The notes beneath the pieces were generated by a model. The model had not been told where the DNA came from and made no database searches. It saw nothing but the letters and a program-made list of their open reading frames with translations. DNA of 26,365 bases from assembly GCA_043718025.1 (NCBI GenBank), contig JAYSWN010000131.1, positions 1 to 26,365 on the forward strand, read 5' to 3'. The position numbers were made by a program, and so were the translations under genes. This document shows positions 15,049-24,078 of this stretch, in pieces (positions within the stretch are counted from its first letter, which is position 1; the number at the start of each line of letters is the position of its first letter). The DNA comes from Pseudomonadota bacterium. Lineage in GTDB: Bacteria > Bdellovibrionota > FAC87 > UBA2466.

Positions 15049-18000
15049 ATGGCCAACAACCCCAACGAAGATCGTTTTTATAAGCCCAATCGCTTAATCA
15101 AAGCCTTCGCGATTTCGAGCATTGTGATGCTGGTGGTCACCTTGTGGATGGTGCTGGATGATTTCGGCCGAGACTGGAAAGGGTGGCAGCTAGAGTATTT
15201 TCGCCTCCAGAATAAGAAATACAACGAGTGGATAACCGAAGCAAAAAGTGGAATTGACGAGGCCAAGCTAAACGAAGCCAAAACCAACGTTGCAGAAACT
15301 GACGCGCAGCTTAAAAATAATTCAAAGCAAAAAGAGGCATTAGAAAAAAAGCTGGTGGCACTCACCACGCGTTCTAAGAACACCCTTACCAAATACCAGA
15401 CCGAAAAAGCCGTATTCGATGTTCGCAAGTACGAATACGAAGCGGTCTATGGTCATGACGAAGCCGCCGGGCATGCCAAACACGGCCCAAAACAAGAGGC
15501 CGCTAAAAAGAAGCTAGATGGCATTTTTGAAAAGGTGATGGCTCTGCGCAATATTGCCAATTCTGCCGCCACCGAAAAAGAGAATAAAGAAAAAGAGATT
15601 GCCCTGTTGGTGGCCGCCAAAAAAGAGGCCGAAAAACAGCAGAAACTACTCACCGCGAAATTGGATCTGTTGGAAGTGGGCAAAAAAAACGCGGCGATTT
15701 CGGTTGAAATGCTGATGCGCAGTGCTCCCATGCTCGACATGGCGAGTCCCACCTTAAAGTTGCAACAGATCGTATTGCCCACGATTCGCGACGATGTGTT
15801 TTTTGCCCAAGTGCCGAAGGTAGATCGGTGTATCACCTGTCACATGGCGATCGACAAGGTTGGTTTCGAGAACGAGGCGCAGCCGTTTCGTACCCACCCT
15901 CGACTAGACGTGATGTTGGGCGCCAAGTCGCCGCATCCGATCGAAAAAGTCGGTTGCACCGTTTGTCACGATGGGCGCGGCTCGGCCACGCACTTTACCC
16001 GTTCGGCTCACACTCCTGCTAACCCAGAGCAACAAAAGAGTTGGGAAAAGAAGTACGACTGGCATGAACAGCACCACGTCATCGAAAAGATGGTGCCGTT
16101 GCAATACACCGAAGGCAAATGCCGGGTCTGTCATCGCAATAGCGAGTATGTGCCAAAAGCCGAAAAGTTAAACAGCAGCGTTCAACTCATGAAAGCCGCC
16201 GGCTGTTATGGTTGTCACAAGATTGAAGGCTGGCAGCACATCCGCAAGCCGGCCCCCTCTTTGAAACGCATCAAGGGCAAAGTGACTCGAGATTGGGTTT
16301 ATAAGTGGATCAAAAACCCGCGTAATTTTAATCAGCACGCCCGCATGCCGGCGTCGTTTTTACAATCTAATACGATTAACAATCCGCAGTTCGTCGCTTA
16401 TCAAGAGGCCGAGATGCAGGCGGTTACTGATTTCGTGGTGGCCAATTCCGAAGACTATTCGCCCGGCTCACATGGAAGTTTAGGCAACGCCGAACGTGGC
16501 AAAGAGTTGTTCAGCACGGTAGGCTGCTTAGCCTGTCACCAAATTGAAGGCATCGAACGTAAAATGGGGCGCTTCGGCATGGCTCCCGATTTAAGCACCG
16601 TCGGAAGCAAGGTTTCTAAAGACTGGTTAATGCAGTGGTTGAAGAACCCAAAACACTACTGGGCGGGCACGGTCATGCCGAGCCTTCGTATCACCGACGG
16701 CGAAGCGGCCGATCTTTCGGCCTACCTGCTCAGCCACAAAAATCCTGAATTTGAGGCTCAGACGGTGCCGCAAGCAGACGTTGAAATGCAGAAGACCGTG
16801 CTGAAACTCTACCTGGCACGCGATCCTAAGTTGGCCCCGGTGACGCGCGAAAAAGTGGACGAGGTCGTTAACAAAATGCAGTCGCACGAAGTGACGCAAG
16901 CATTGGGTAAAAATGCGGTGATGCGCTACGGCTGTTTTGGCTGTCATGAGATCAAAGGCATGGAAACGATGGCCACGATTGGACCTGAGTTAACCGAAGT
17001 GGGTAGTAAGCCCTTGAACAAATTTGATTTCGGCATGCAGCACATTGAGCCACACGCGAATTATGCTTGGTTTAAGGCAAAACTTACCAATCCGCGTCAG
17101 TTTGATCACGGCTTTGTGAAAGAGTATTTAGATCTGTTGCGAATGCCGCTGTACGGCTTTCTTGAGCCAGACAAAGAGTCCCTTACGGTTAGTTTAATGG
17201 GGTTCACCAACCAGAAGATCGATCCGCCCGCGGCGCTTACCGTGAACGCAAAAATTCATCACATCGAAGAGGGCTTACGGGTTGTGCACAAGTACAACTG
17301 CCAGGGCTGTCATAACGTCGAAGAGCTTTATCAAGCTCTGGGTGAGAATGACCCCAAACGCGAAGAGCACGAAAAGGATAAGTACAACCTCGAAGGGCGT
17401 ATTCTTAAGTACTACGAAGAAGATGAAACCTTAGGGCCGCCTTGGCTGCTTACCGAAGGCGCACGCGTGCACGGACCATGGATCTACAATTTTTTGCAGA
17501 ATCCGGGGGATCACAAGTTGCGAACACGCTTAAAAGTGAGAATGCCCTCCTACAACTTGCCCACTGAGGAGTGGAACAAATTGCTTTCCTACTGGGCCGC
17601 CCATGGGAATGTAGAGTTTCCAGTTTCAGAAAATGCTCCGGTTAAGCTCACGGCGGTTGAAGTCGAGACGGGAAAGAAACTATTCAACAAACTGGCCTGT
17701 GCCAGCTGTCACACGGTCGGCGAAAAGCCGACCATGGCCGAAATGGAAGGCGGCAGCAAAGGGTTGGCGCCGGATCTGTTGCACGCAGCAAAACGCTTGC
17801 GTCGCGAGTGGATTGTTCAACTCTTGAAGAATCCGCAGAAAATGGTCCCCGGAACCCGAATGCCCGGCTACTGGCCAGAGATGCAAACGCCGGCTCCCGA
17901 AATTTTGGGCGGCGATTCTGAAAAACAGATTCAGTTGCTTACTGATTACATATTGTACTTGGGCCAGACTCGGGGGGCTCCAAAGAGTGGCGCGCCGGCG

Positions 18001-18054
18001 GGAAAAGTGGGTGCTAAGCCTGCCCTTAAGAAAACTACGGTGGGGATGAATTAA
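15049..18054 (+). CDS. Membrane-anchored octaheme cytochrome c subunit
   Basis: N-terminal TM helix, long K/E/A-rich coiled coil, eight CxxCH motifs (CITCH, CTVCH, CRVCH, CYGCH, CLACH, CFGCH, CQGCH, CASCH). Confidence 0.93.
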   Translation: MANNPNEDRFYKPNRLIKAFAISSIVMLVVTLWMVLDDFGRDWKGWQLEYFRLQNKKYNEWITEAKSGIDEAKLNEAKTNVAETDAQLKNNSKQKEALEKKLVALTTRSKNTLTKYQTEKAVFDVRKYEYEAVYGHDEAAGHAKHGPKQEAAKKKLDGIFEKVMALRNIANSAATEKENKEKEIALLVAAKKEAEKQQKLLTAKLDLLEVGKKNAAISVEMLMRSAPMLDMASPTLKLQQIVLPTIRDDVFFAQVPKVDRCITCHMAIDKVGFENEAQPFRTHPRLDVMLGAKSPHPIEKVGCTVCHDGRGSATHFTRSAHTPANPEQQKSWEKKYDWHEQHHVIEKMVPLQYTEGKCRVCHRNSEYVPKAEKLNSSVQLMKAAGCYGCHKIEGWQHIRKPAPSLKRIKGKVTRDWVYKWIKNPRNFNQHARMPASFLQSNTINNPQFVAYQEAEMQAVTDFVVANSEDYSPGSHGSLGNAERGKELFSTVGCLACHQIEGIERKMGRFGMAPDLSTVGSKVSKDWLMQWLKNPKHYWAGTVMPSLRITDGEAADLSAYLLSHKNPEFEAQTVPQADVEMQKTVLKLYLARDPKLAPVTREKVDEVVNKMQSHEVTQALGKNAVMRYGCFGCHEIKGMETMATIGPELTEVGSKPLNKFDFGMQHIEPHANYAWFKAKLTNPRQFDHGFVKEYLDLLRMPLYGFLEPDKESLTVSLMGFTNQKIDPPAALTVNAKIHHIEEGLRVVHKYNCQGCHNVEELYQALGENDPKREEHEKDKYNLEGRILKYYEEDETLGPPWLLTEGARVHGPWIYNFLQNPGDHKLRTRLKVRMPSYNLPTEEWNKLLSYWAAHGNVEFPVSENAPVKLTAVEVETGKKLFNKLACASCHTVGEKPTMAEMEGGSKGLAPDLLHAAKRLRREWIVQLLKNPQKMVPGTRMPGYWPEMQTPAPEILGGDSEKQIQLLTDYILYLGQTRGAPKSGAPAGKVGAKPALKKTTVGMN

Positions 18055-18116
18055 GGCCCAAGGCGGGCCCAGCACTGTCTAACTTTTCTCTTGGTCCGCG
18101 TCGTCGTGCCTAATTC

Positions 18117-18139
18117 CCCAAACCTTTTAGGGGTTTGGG
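18117..18139. terminator. Hairpin downstream of the cytochrome operon, putative terminator
   Basis: CCCAAACC-ttttagg-GGTTTGGG (8-bp stem). A smaller GGCCC/GGGCC hairpin directly follows the stop. Weak U-tract. Confidence 0.4.
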
Positions 18140-18184
18140 ATGACTGATTTTTATACAGCCGAACAAGTGCCGTCAAAAGCATTC

Positions 18185-18197
18185 TAACCAATTGATA
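18185..18197 (-). promoter_or_regulatory. IHF-binding consensus site
   Basis: Minus strand TATCAATTGGTTA matches WATCAANNNNTTR exactly, upstream of a sigma54 motif. Confidence 0.45.
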
Positions 18198-18349
18198 TAT
18201 TTATTAAGTTCGCTTTTCTTTTTTCCACAAGTCGCGAAAGTTTTGCACCTGTCAGCTAAAAAAACGCCTGTTCAGACTTTACCCATACTTCGTAAAAAAT
18301 GGTTTGGTTTCAAGGGGGTAGCCCGCGCTCTCGGTGTATAGGCGGCGGT

Positions 18350-18365
18350 TGGTCCCAACGTTGCT
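18350..18365 (+). promoter_or_regulatory. Sigma54 (-24/-12) promoter
   Basis: TGGTCCCAACGTTGCT: GG-N10-GC with TTGCT, about 105 nt upstream of the FHA gene. Confidence 0.55.
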
Positions 18366-18469
18366 TTAGTAAGGGGTATCAGTATCGTGTCACTAAAACT
18401 TAGGTTCCCCTTAAGTTAGTAAAAAAGAGAAGTAGTCACTTAAACAAAATTGTCTTTGGGAGTGAATGA

Positions 18470-18952
18470 ATGAAATTACGAATTAGAATCTCTTCAACTG
18501 ATAACGACGGAAACACCACGTCGGAGATCAAAGAGTTGAAAAAGGACTCGTGCACGATTGGTCGTGCCGGTGCTGATCTAATCGTAGTTGATAGCGGAGT
18601 GTCTCGGCGCCACGCCATGTTGTACCAAGGCCTTCGCGGCGAGCTCCGGGTGATGGACCTGCATTCGACCAATGGCACGTTTCTCGGAGAAGAGAAGATC
18701 ATAGACCATCCGATTGGGGCGGGTACGATCTTCCGTATCGCCGACACGGCCATCACGGTTTTGGAATTCGAGGCCGATCGCCAGTCATTCGGAGCCAATC
18801 TGTCCCGCTTACAACCCGGCTCAGAAGACGAAACCACTTCGGCGAAGCTGTTCAAAAATGAGGGCCCCAAGACAAATGTCGCGCCTTCAAGCTACAGCGG
18901 AACGCAAACCCGTCGCATTAATCCGCACCCAAGCCCTTTACGTAAGGCTTAA
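18470..18952 (+). CDS. FHA domain protein
   Basis: IGR, VSRRHA and DLHSTNGT motifs; low-complexity S/T-rich C-terminal tail. Confidence 0.9.
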   Translation: MKLRIRISSTDNDGNTTSEIKELKKDSCTIGRAGADLIVVDSGVSRRHAMLYQGLRGELRVMDLHSTNGTFLGEEKIIDHPIGAGTIFRIADTAITVLEFEADRQSFGANLSRLQPGSEDETTSAKLFKNEGPKTNVAPSSYSGTQTRRINPHPSPLRKA

Positions 18953-18978
18953 GACTGGTCGGGCCTGAGCGCCCCACT

Positions 18979-19476
18979 TTATTTTTCCGCGTCAAAAAAT
19001 GCCCGGGCTCTGCGCCCCAAATCCGTTCCGATCCACTCCGGTACGTTGCCCTCCGCATCCGCCGGCTTATTTTTGTAGGTATCAGGGTGGGCGTAGAAAT
19101 AGAGAGCCGCCTTTAGCTTTTCAACCTGTTCGGCTAACTTGGCGACGGTAAGTTGAAGCTCCGTAGCGGCCAAAAAGGCGCCCTCGTCTTCGGCTAAAAC
19201 TAACTTCTCCGCTTTCGACGCTCTTACCATTTCTATTAGTTGGGCAATGTCCTCACGAGAGTTTTGAATAAAATCCAAATTTCCGTCTACTTGGTGACTC
19301 TCCATGTCGAGCGCCACGTTCTTTTCGGGCTCCAAATTGATTACCACCGAGGCGGTTCCCGCGGTCTGAATGGCCCATCCGCTACGCATCGAGCCATTAA
19401 AGACCACCGTCCAAGGGCCTGGACTGGCGGCTTTCACCCGTTCTTCAATTTCCCTTAAATAACGATCATTCATCAT
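18979..19476 (-). CDS. Hypothetical protein resembling phage Ead/Ea22-like proteins
   Basis: LREIEERVKAASPGPW...NLDFIQNSREDIAQLIEMV resembles the phage 'ATPGPW...FIAxAR.D...L' pattern. Coiled coil, then ALYFYA...DLGRRAR. SD AGGAGGAGG and a TATAAT -10 (19501-19506). Confidence 0.55.
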   Translation of the reverse strand: MMNDRYLREIEERVKAASPGPWTVVFNGSMRSGWAIQTAGTASVVINLEPEKNVALDMESHQVDGNLDFIQNSREDIAQLIEMVRASKAEKLVLAEDEGAFLAATELQLTVAKLAEQVEKLKAALYFYAHPDTYKNKPADAEGNVPEWIGTDLGRRARAFFDAEK

Positions 19477-19548
19477 GAGTTGCCCTCCTCCTTTCCCGTC
19501 ATTATACTCCTGGAATCTTAAAACTTTTTGTTCTGGAGGATGTCCTCG

Positions 19549-20157
19549 ATGTTTAAATCAAGGTCTCAAACGTTAATTGTAAGTGTGGCCCTTTTTCTAC
19601 TTTCTGCGTGCGCGGGAAACAAAGAGTTCACCGGGGGCAAGTACGACGACCTCGCCGAAGACCGGCTGCTCGATGATAAGTTTAACGAGTCTGACATGCG
19701 GCAAATTGCCGACACCATGATTAAGTCGCTGGTCGACAGCCGCGTCATTGCCGAGACTAAAAAAGCTCCGGTGGTTTTGGTTACGCTGACCAAGAATCGC
19801 ACCGAAGAGCACATCGACATGAAGAGCATGACCGATAAAATTCGCGTGGCGTTGGTCAAGAGTGGCCGTTTTCGGTTTACCGAAAAAGAGATACGTAGCG
19901 AGATGGCCGAAGAGATGGAATACCAAGGCGGTTCGGGCTACGTCGATCCGGCTACGGCCCGCCAAAAAGGAAAGCAAATTGGCGCCAACTACTTTATGAC
20001 CGGTGAGATTACCGATCGCGTGCAGCAAGTGGGCGATAAAAAGTACGTTTACTACAAAGCCACTTTCAACATGGTGAATATCCAGACCGGAATTTTAGAT
20101 TGGACCGATGAAAAAGAGATTCGTAAATTCTACAAGAAGAAATCAGTTGGGCTTTAA
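19549..20157 (+). CDS. lpoB: LpoB/YcfM-like lipoprotein (penicillin-binding protein activator family)
   Basis: Lipobox LSAC; KNRTEEHIDMKSMTDKIRVALVKSGRFRF; IGANYFMTGEI; GILDWTDEKEIRK. Start set at ATG 19549, 9 nt after GGAGG. Confidence 0.75.
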   Translation: MFKSRSQTLIVSVALFLLSACAGNKEFTGGKYDDLAEDRLLDDKFNESDMRQIADTMIKSLVDSRVIAETKKAPVVLVTLTKNRTEEHIDMKSMTDKIRVALVKSGRFRFTEKEIRSEMAEEMEYQGGSGYVDPATARQKGKQIGANYFMTGEITDRVQQVGDKKYVYYKATFNMVNIQTGILDWTDEKEIRKFYKKKSVGL

Positions 20158-20166
20158 GAGAACCGA

Positions 20167-21417
20167 GTGAAAGCCTTACACCTCATTTTCGCCTGCCTCC
20201 TCTGGGGGCAGGCGCTTTTTTTATCTGGCTGTGCTCTGTACGCGGGGCGCATTCGCGAACCGCGCGCGCATTTTGAAGCTGGCCGCTACGATCAAGCCAT
20301 CACCAAGCTCAAAGAGTACGCCGATAAAAAAGACAATGACGAGCTACTTTACTTGATGGACTTAGGCATGGTCTATCACGCCGCCGGCCGCCATAAAGAG
20401 GCGATTTCCACCTTTTTAAGGGCCGATAAAATGGCCGAAATTAAGGACTACACCAGTCTGGCGGCCGAAGCGGGCAGTGTGTTGCTGAACGACGAGATCA
20501 AACCCTATAAGGGTGAAGACTTTGAAAAGGTCATGATCAACATGTACCTGGCCATCGACTACTCAATTCTGGGTGATTTCGAAAATGCCTTGGTCGAAGG
20601 GCGTAGGGTAAACCGCAAATTGGATCGCATGATCACCGAAGGCAAGTTGCCTTACCGTAACAACGCCTTTGCCAAGTACCTTACCGCCGCTCTGTTCGAA
20701 GCCCGCCACGAGAACAACGATGCGTTTGTCGACTACCGCCAATTGCTCAAATGGGATGTGCCGGCGGCATTTTCGTATCTGGGGGTACCGCTGTTGCGCC
20801 TGGCCGACAAATTAAAGGCGTCGCAAGAGTTTGAAGCCTACCAAAAGAAATTTCCGGAGGTGAAAGACTATGCCCTCAACGCAAATGAAGGTGAAGTCAT
20901 TTTACTACTCGAAGTTGGTAAGGCGCCCTATAAAGTGCCCTCGCCGCAATTCCGCCTGGTTCCCATATTTCATAAGAATCATTATGCGGCATTGGGTGGG
21001 CGCCTTAGCATCGAGGGAAGTGGGCAGACCGTAAACTCCAGCACTTTGTTCGACGTGGAAGCTACTGCGGTCAAAGAGTTGAACGATAAGGCCGGCGCCA
21101 TTATCGCTAAAAAAATTGCCGGCGTGGCCGCTAAAGAGGCCGCCGCTTACGGAGTTGAAAAAGCGAGTGACAGCCCGGTTTTGGGGGCATTGACCCGAAT
21201 TTTTCTTCATGCGTCCGATACTGCCGATTTGCGCAGTTGGAACACCTTGCCGGCGATGCTGCAGATTGCACGTTATAAAGTTCCCGCCGGCACGCACAAT
21301 TTTGTTTTGGATATGGTCACTCAATCGGGCGGGGTGATAACCAAAGCAAAGCGTTGGGCCAAGGTTGAAGTGAAACCAAAATCGATCGTTTTTTTAAATT
21401 ACCGAAGTGTTGAGTAG
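20167..21417 (+). CDS. COG3014-like TPR-containing lipoprotein
   Basis: Lipobox LSGC; TPR-like helices; YKGEDFEKVMINMYLA, ALVE and ADLRSWNTLP motifs; adjacent to the LpoB-like gene. Confidence 0.75.
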   Translation: MKALHLIFACLLWGQALFLSGCALYAGRIREPRAHFEAGRYDQAITKLKEYADKKDNDELLYLMDLGMVYHAAGRHKEAISTFLRADKMAEIKDYTSLAAEAGSVLLNDEIKPYKGEDFEKVMINMYLAIDYSILGDFENALVEGRRVNRKLDRMITEGKLPYRNNAFAKYLTAALFEARHENNDAFVDYRQLLKWDVPAAFSYLGVPLLRLADKLKASQEFEAYQKKFPEVKDYALNANEGEVILLLEVGKAPYKVPSPQFRLVPIFHKNHYAALGGRLSIEGSGQTVNSSTLFDVEATAVKELNDKAGAIIAKKIAGVAAKEAAAYGVEKASDSPVLGALTRIFLHASDTADLRSWNTLPAMLQIARYKVPAGTHNFVLDMVTQSGGVITKAKRWAKVEVKPKSIVFLNYRSVE

Positions 21418-21432
21418 AGCAGTGAGGATAGC

Positions 21433-24078
21433 GTGAATCATACGTCAGAATTTCCCCTTCAGTTTGAGCCGGCAACGATTGAAAAAGAGATCTACCAGAT
21501 GTGGCTCGATCGCGGCTACTTCACCGCCGATCCTACTTCAAAAAAAGAGCCTTACGTCATTGTATTGCCGCCGCCCAACGTTACCGGCGTACTGCACATG
21601 GGCCACGCGCTCACCTGCACGCTGGAAGACATTTTGGTAAGGCGCAAGCGCATGCAGGGGTTTAACGTACTTTGGTTGCCCGGAACCGATCACGCCGGCA
21701 TCGCCACTCAGATGGTGGTAGAGCGGCATTTGCAAAAAACCAGCAAGGTCTCACGCCATGATTTGGGGCGTGAAAAGTTTTTGGAAAAGGTTTGGGAGTG
21801 GAAGAAGGAATCCCAAAACACAATCTTGTCGCAGTTGCGCCTGATGGGTTGCAGCCTCGACTGGAGTCGTCTCGCCTTCACTCTAGATGAAGGGGTTTCT
21901 CTCGCCGTGCGAGAAACCTTCACCCGGCTCTACAACGAAAAGCTTTGCTATAAAGACACCTCGTTAATTCAATGGTGCCCACGTTGCCACACCGCGCTTT
22001 CGGATCTTGAGGTAAAGCCCAAAGAATCCAAGGGAAAGATCTGGGAGATCCGCTACGTTCTGAAAAGCGATCCGAGTAAGTCGCTCACGGTGGCCACTAC
22101 ACGACCGGAAACTCTGCTCGGCGATACCGCGGTGGCGGTTAATCCCAATGACGAACGGTTCAAAGCGTTCGTGGGACAAGAGGTGATGGTACCGCTGGTA
22201 AACCGGCCGGTGAAAGTCATTGCCGATAGTTACGTCGACATGGCTTTCGGAACCGGCGCCCTGAAGATTACGCCTGGCCACGACATGAATGACTATGCGG
22301 TGGCAAAAAGGCATTCGCTGCCCATCCTCTCCATTTTTGACGAATCGGCAAAGTTGAACAAAGAGGGCGGGGCATACCAGGGGCTATCGCGCGAAAAGGC
22401 GCGGGAGCAAATTTTGAATGATCTCTCGGCGGCGGGTCTCCTCGGTAAAGAGACAGACCACGTCAACAACGTTGGCCATTGCGACCGTTGCGAAACCATC
22501 TTAGAGCCAAGGCTAAGCTCGCAGTGGTTTGTAGATGCCGCCACCCTCGCTACGCCGGCCATTGCCGCGGTAAAGAGCGGCGAGATAAAAATACTGCCAC
22601 CGGAGTGGGAGAAAACTTACTTTCAGTGGATGGAAAATATTCGCCCGTGGTGCGTGAGCCGCCAGTTGTGGTGGGGCCATCGCATCCCGGCTTGGTACTG
22701 CGATGACTGCCCGCACGTTACGGTAGCGGTACAAACGCCCACGGCCTGCGGTAAATGCGGCTCCCATAAAATTCGTCAAGACGAAGACGTACTAGATACC
22801 TGGTTTAGCTCTGGCCTGTGGCCATTCTCGACGCTGGGTTGGCCCAATGAAACGGCCGATATGAAGGCGTTTTATCCCAATCAAGTGATGGAGACGGGTT
22901 TCGATATTCTGTTTTTTTGGGTGGCCCGGATGATCATGCTGGGCATTAAGATGGTGGGTAAAGCCCCCTTTCACACGGTTTATCTCCACCCGATGGTGCG
23001 CGACGAGCACGGCCAGAAGATGTCGAAAACCAAGGGCAACGTAAAAGATCCGCTTGAGATCATTGGCAAGGTCGGCGCTGACCCGCTCCGTTTTACTTTG
23101 GCGGCAATGGCGGTGCATGGGCGCGATGTGCTTTTGTCGGATAGTCGAATCGATGGCTACCGTAACTTCGTAAATAAAATTTGGAACGCCTCGCGATTCG
23201 TGATGATGCACTTTTCCGAAGTGAAAAAGGCAAAGTCAGATGAAACCAACGAAGTGAATCGCTGGATCTGGACGCGGCTTGAGAATTGTAAACGCGATGT
23301 GAATCTTGCGCTCGATCAGTATCGATTCTTTGATGCCACCAACCGTTTGTATTCTTTTGTTTGGAATGAATACTGCGACTGGTTCATTGAGCTCATCAAA
23401 ACCGATAAGGAGCTAGCGTGGCGTAAAGAAAGCGGCGATTCGACGGCAATCGAGGTGCTGGAAGAGGCGCTTCGCCTACTTCATCCGGTGATGCCGTTTG
23501 TGACCGAAGCGATTTGGCAGCGGATGCCGGTGAAACCGGCCGTGTCTTCCATTTCGATTGCCCCGTATCCGCAGCTAAATGAGAAACGACTCTTTTCTGA
23601 CTCCGACGCCAGGGTGAATCTCGGCATTTCGGTGGTGGAAGCCATTCGGTCGCGCCGGGGTGAGTGTAATCTTAACCCCGCCGCTCAGATTCGCGTGAAG
23701 TTGCAGGGGCCTAAGGCCAAACTCGATGCCCTTCAGTCTTCCGCAGATTGGGTGGGCCGGTTGATTCGCGCCTCGCAGTTTGAACTGGGTGGCGATAAGC
23801 CGGATGCAAAAACCAACGTTTTAATTTCTATCGGAGAGGTGGAAGCCTACGTGCCACGTGAAGATCTGATGGACATCAAACTTGAGATCCAAAAGGCGGA
23901 TAAAGAGATCGCGGGCCTAATGGGCGAATTAGAGCGGGCAAAGCAGAAACTGACCAGTCACGAGTTTACGAGTAAAGCACCCGATCACGTGATTAAAGGG
24001 GTAAAAGACCGTAAGGAACTGCTCGAAAAGCAAGTAGACGCCCTGCAGGCTCACCTAACCACGCTAAAGGAACAGTGA
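21433..24078 (+). CDS. valS: Valine--tRNA ligase
   Basis: PPPNVTGVLHMGH, GTDHAGIATQ, ATTRPET, WCVSRQLWWGH, DVLDTWFSS, KMSKTKGN, YCDWFIE; C-terminal coiled coil with KAP. Confidence 0.99.
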   Translation: MNHTSEFPLQFEPATIEKEIYQMWLDRGYFTADPTSKKEPYVIVLPPPNVTGVLHMGHALTCTLEDILVRRKRMQGFNVLWLPGTDHAGIATQMVVERHLQKTSKVSRHDLGREKFLEKVWEWKKESQNTILSQLRLMGCSLDWSRLAFTLDEGVSLAVRETFTRLYNEKLCYKDTSLIQWCPRCHTALSDLEVKPKESKGKIWEIRYVLKSDPSKSLTVATTRPETLLGDTAVAVNPNDERFKAFVGQEVMVPLVNRPVKVIADSYVDMAFGTGALKITPGHDMNDYAVAKRHSLPILSIFDESAKLNKEGGAYQGLSREKAREQILNDLSAAGLLGKETDHVNNVGHCDRCETILEPRLSSQWFVDAATLATPAIAAVKSGEIKILPPEWEKTYFQWMENIRPWCVSRQLWWGHRIPAWYCDDCPHVTVAVQTPTACGKCGSHKIRQDEDVLDTWFSSGLWPFSTLGWPNETADMKAFYPNQVMETGFDILFFWVARMIMLGIKMVGKAPFHTVYLHPMVRDEHGQKMSKTKGNVKDPLEIIGKVGADPLRFTLAAMAVHGRDVLLSDSRIDGYRNFVNKIWNASRFVMMHFSEVKKAKSDETNEVNRWIWTRLENCKRDVNLALDQYRFFDATNRLYSFVWNEYCDWFIELIKTDKELAWRKESGDSTAIEVLEEALRLLHPVMPFVTEAIWQRMPVKPAVSSISIAPYPQLNEKRLFSDSDARVNLGISVVEAIRSRRGECNLNPAAQIRVKLQGPKAKLDALQSSADWVGRLIRASQFELGGDKPDAKTNVLISIGEVEAYVPREDLMDIKLEIQKADKEIAGLMGELERAKQKLTSHEFTSKAPDHVIKGVKDRKELLEKQVDALQAHLTTLKEQ

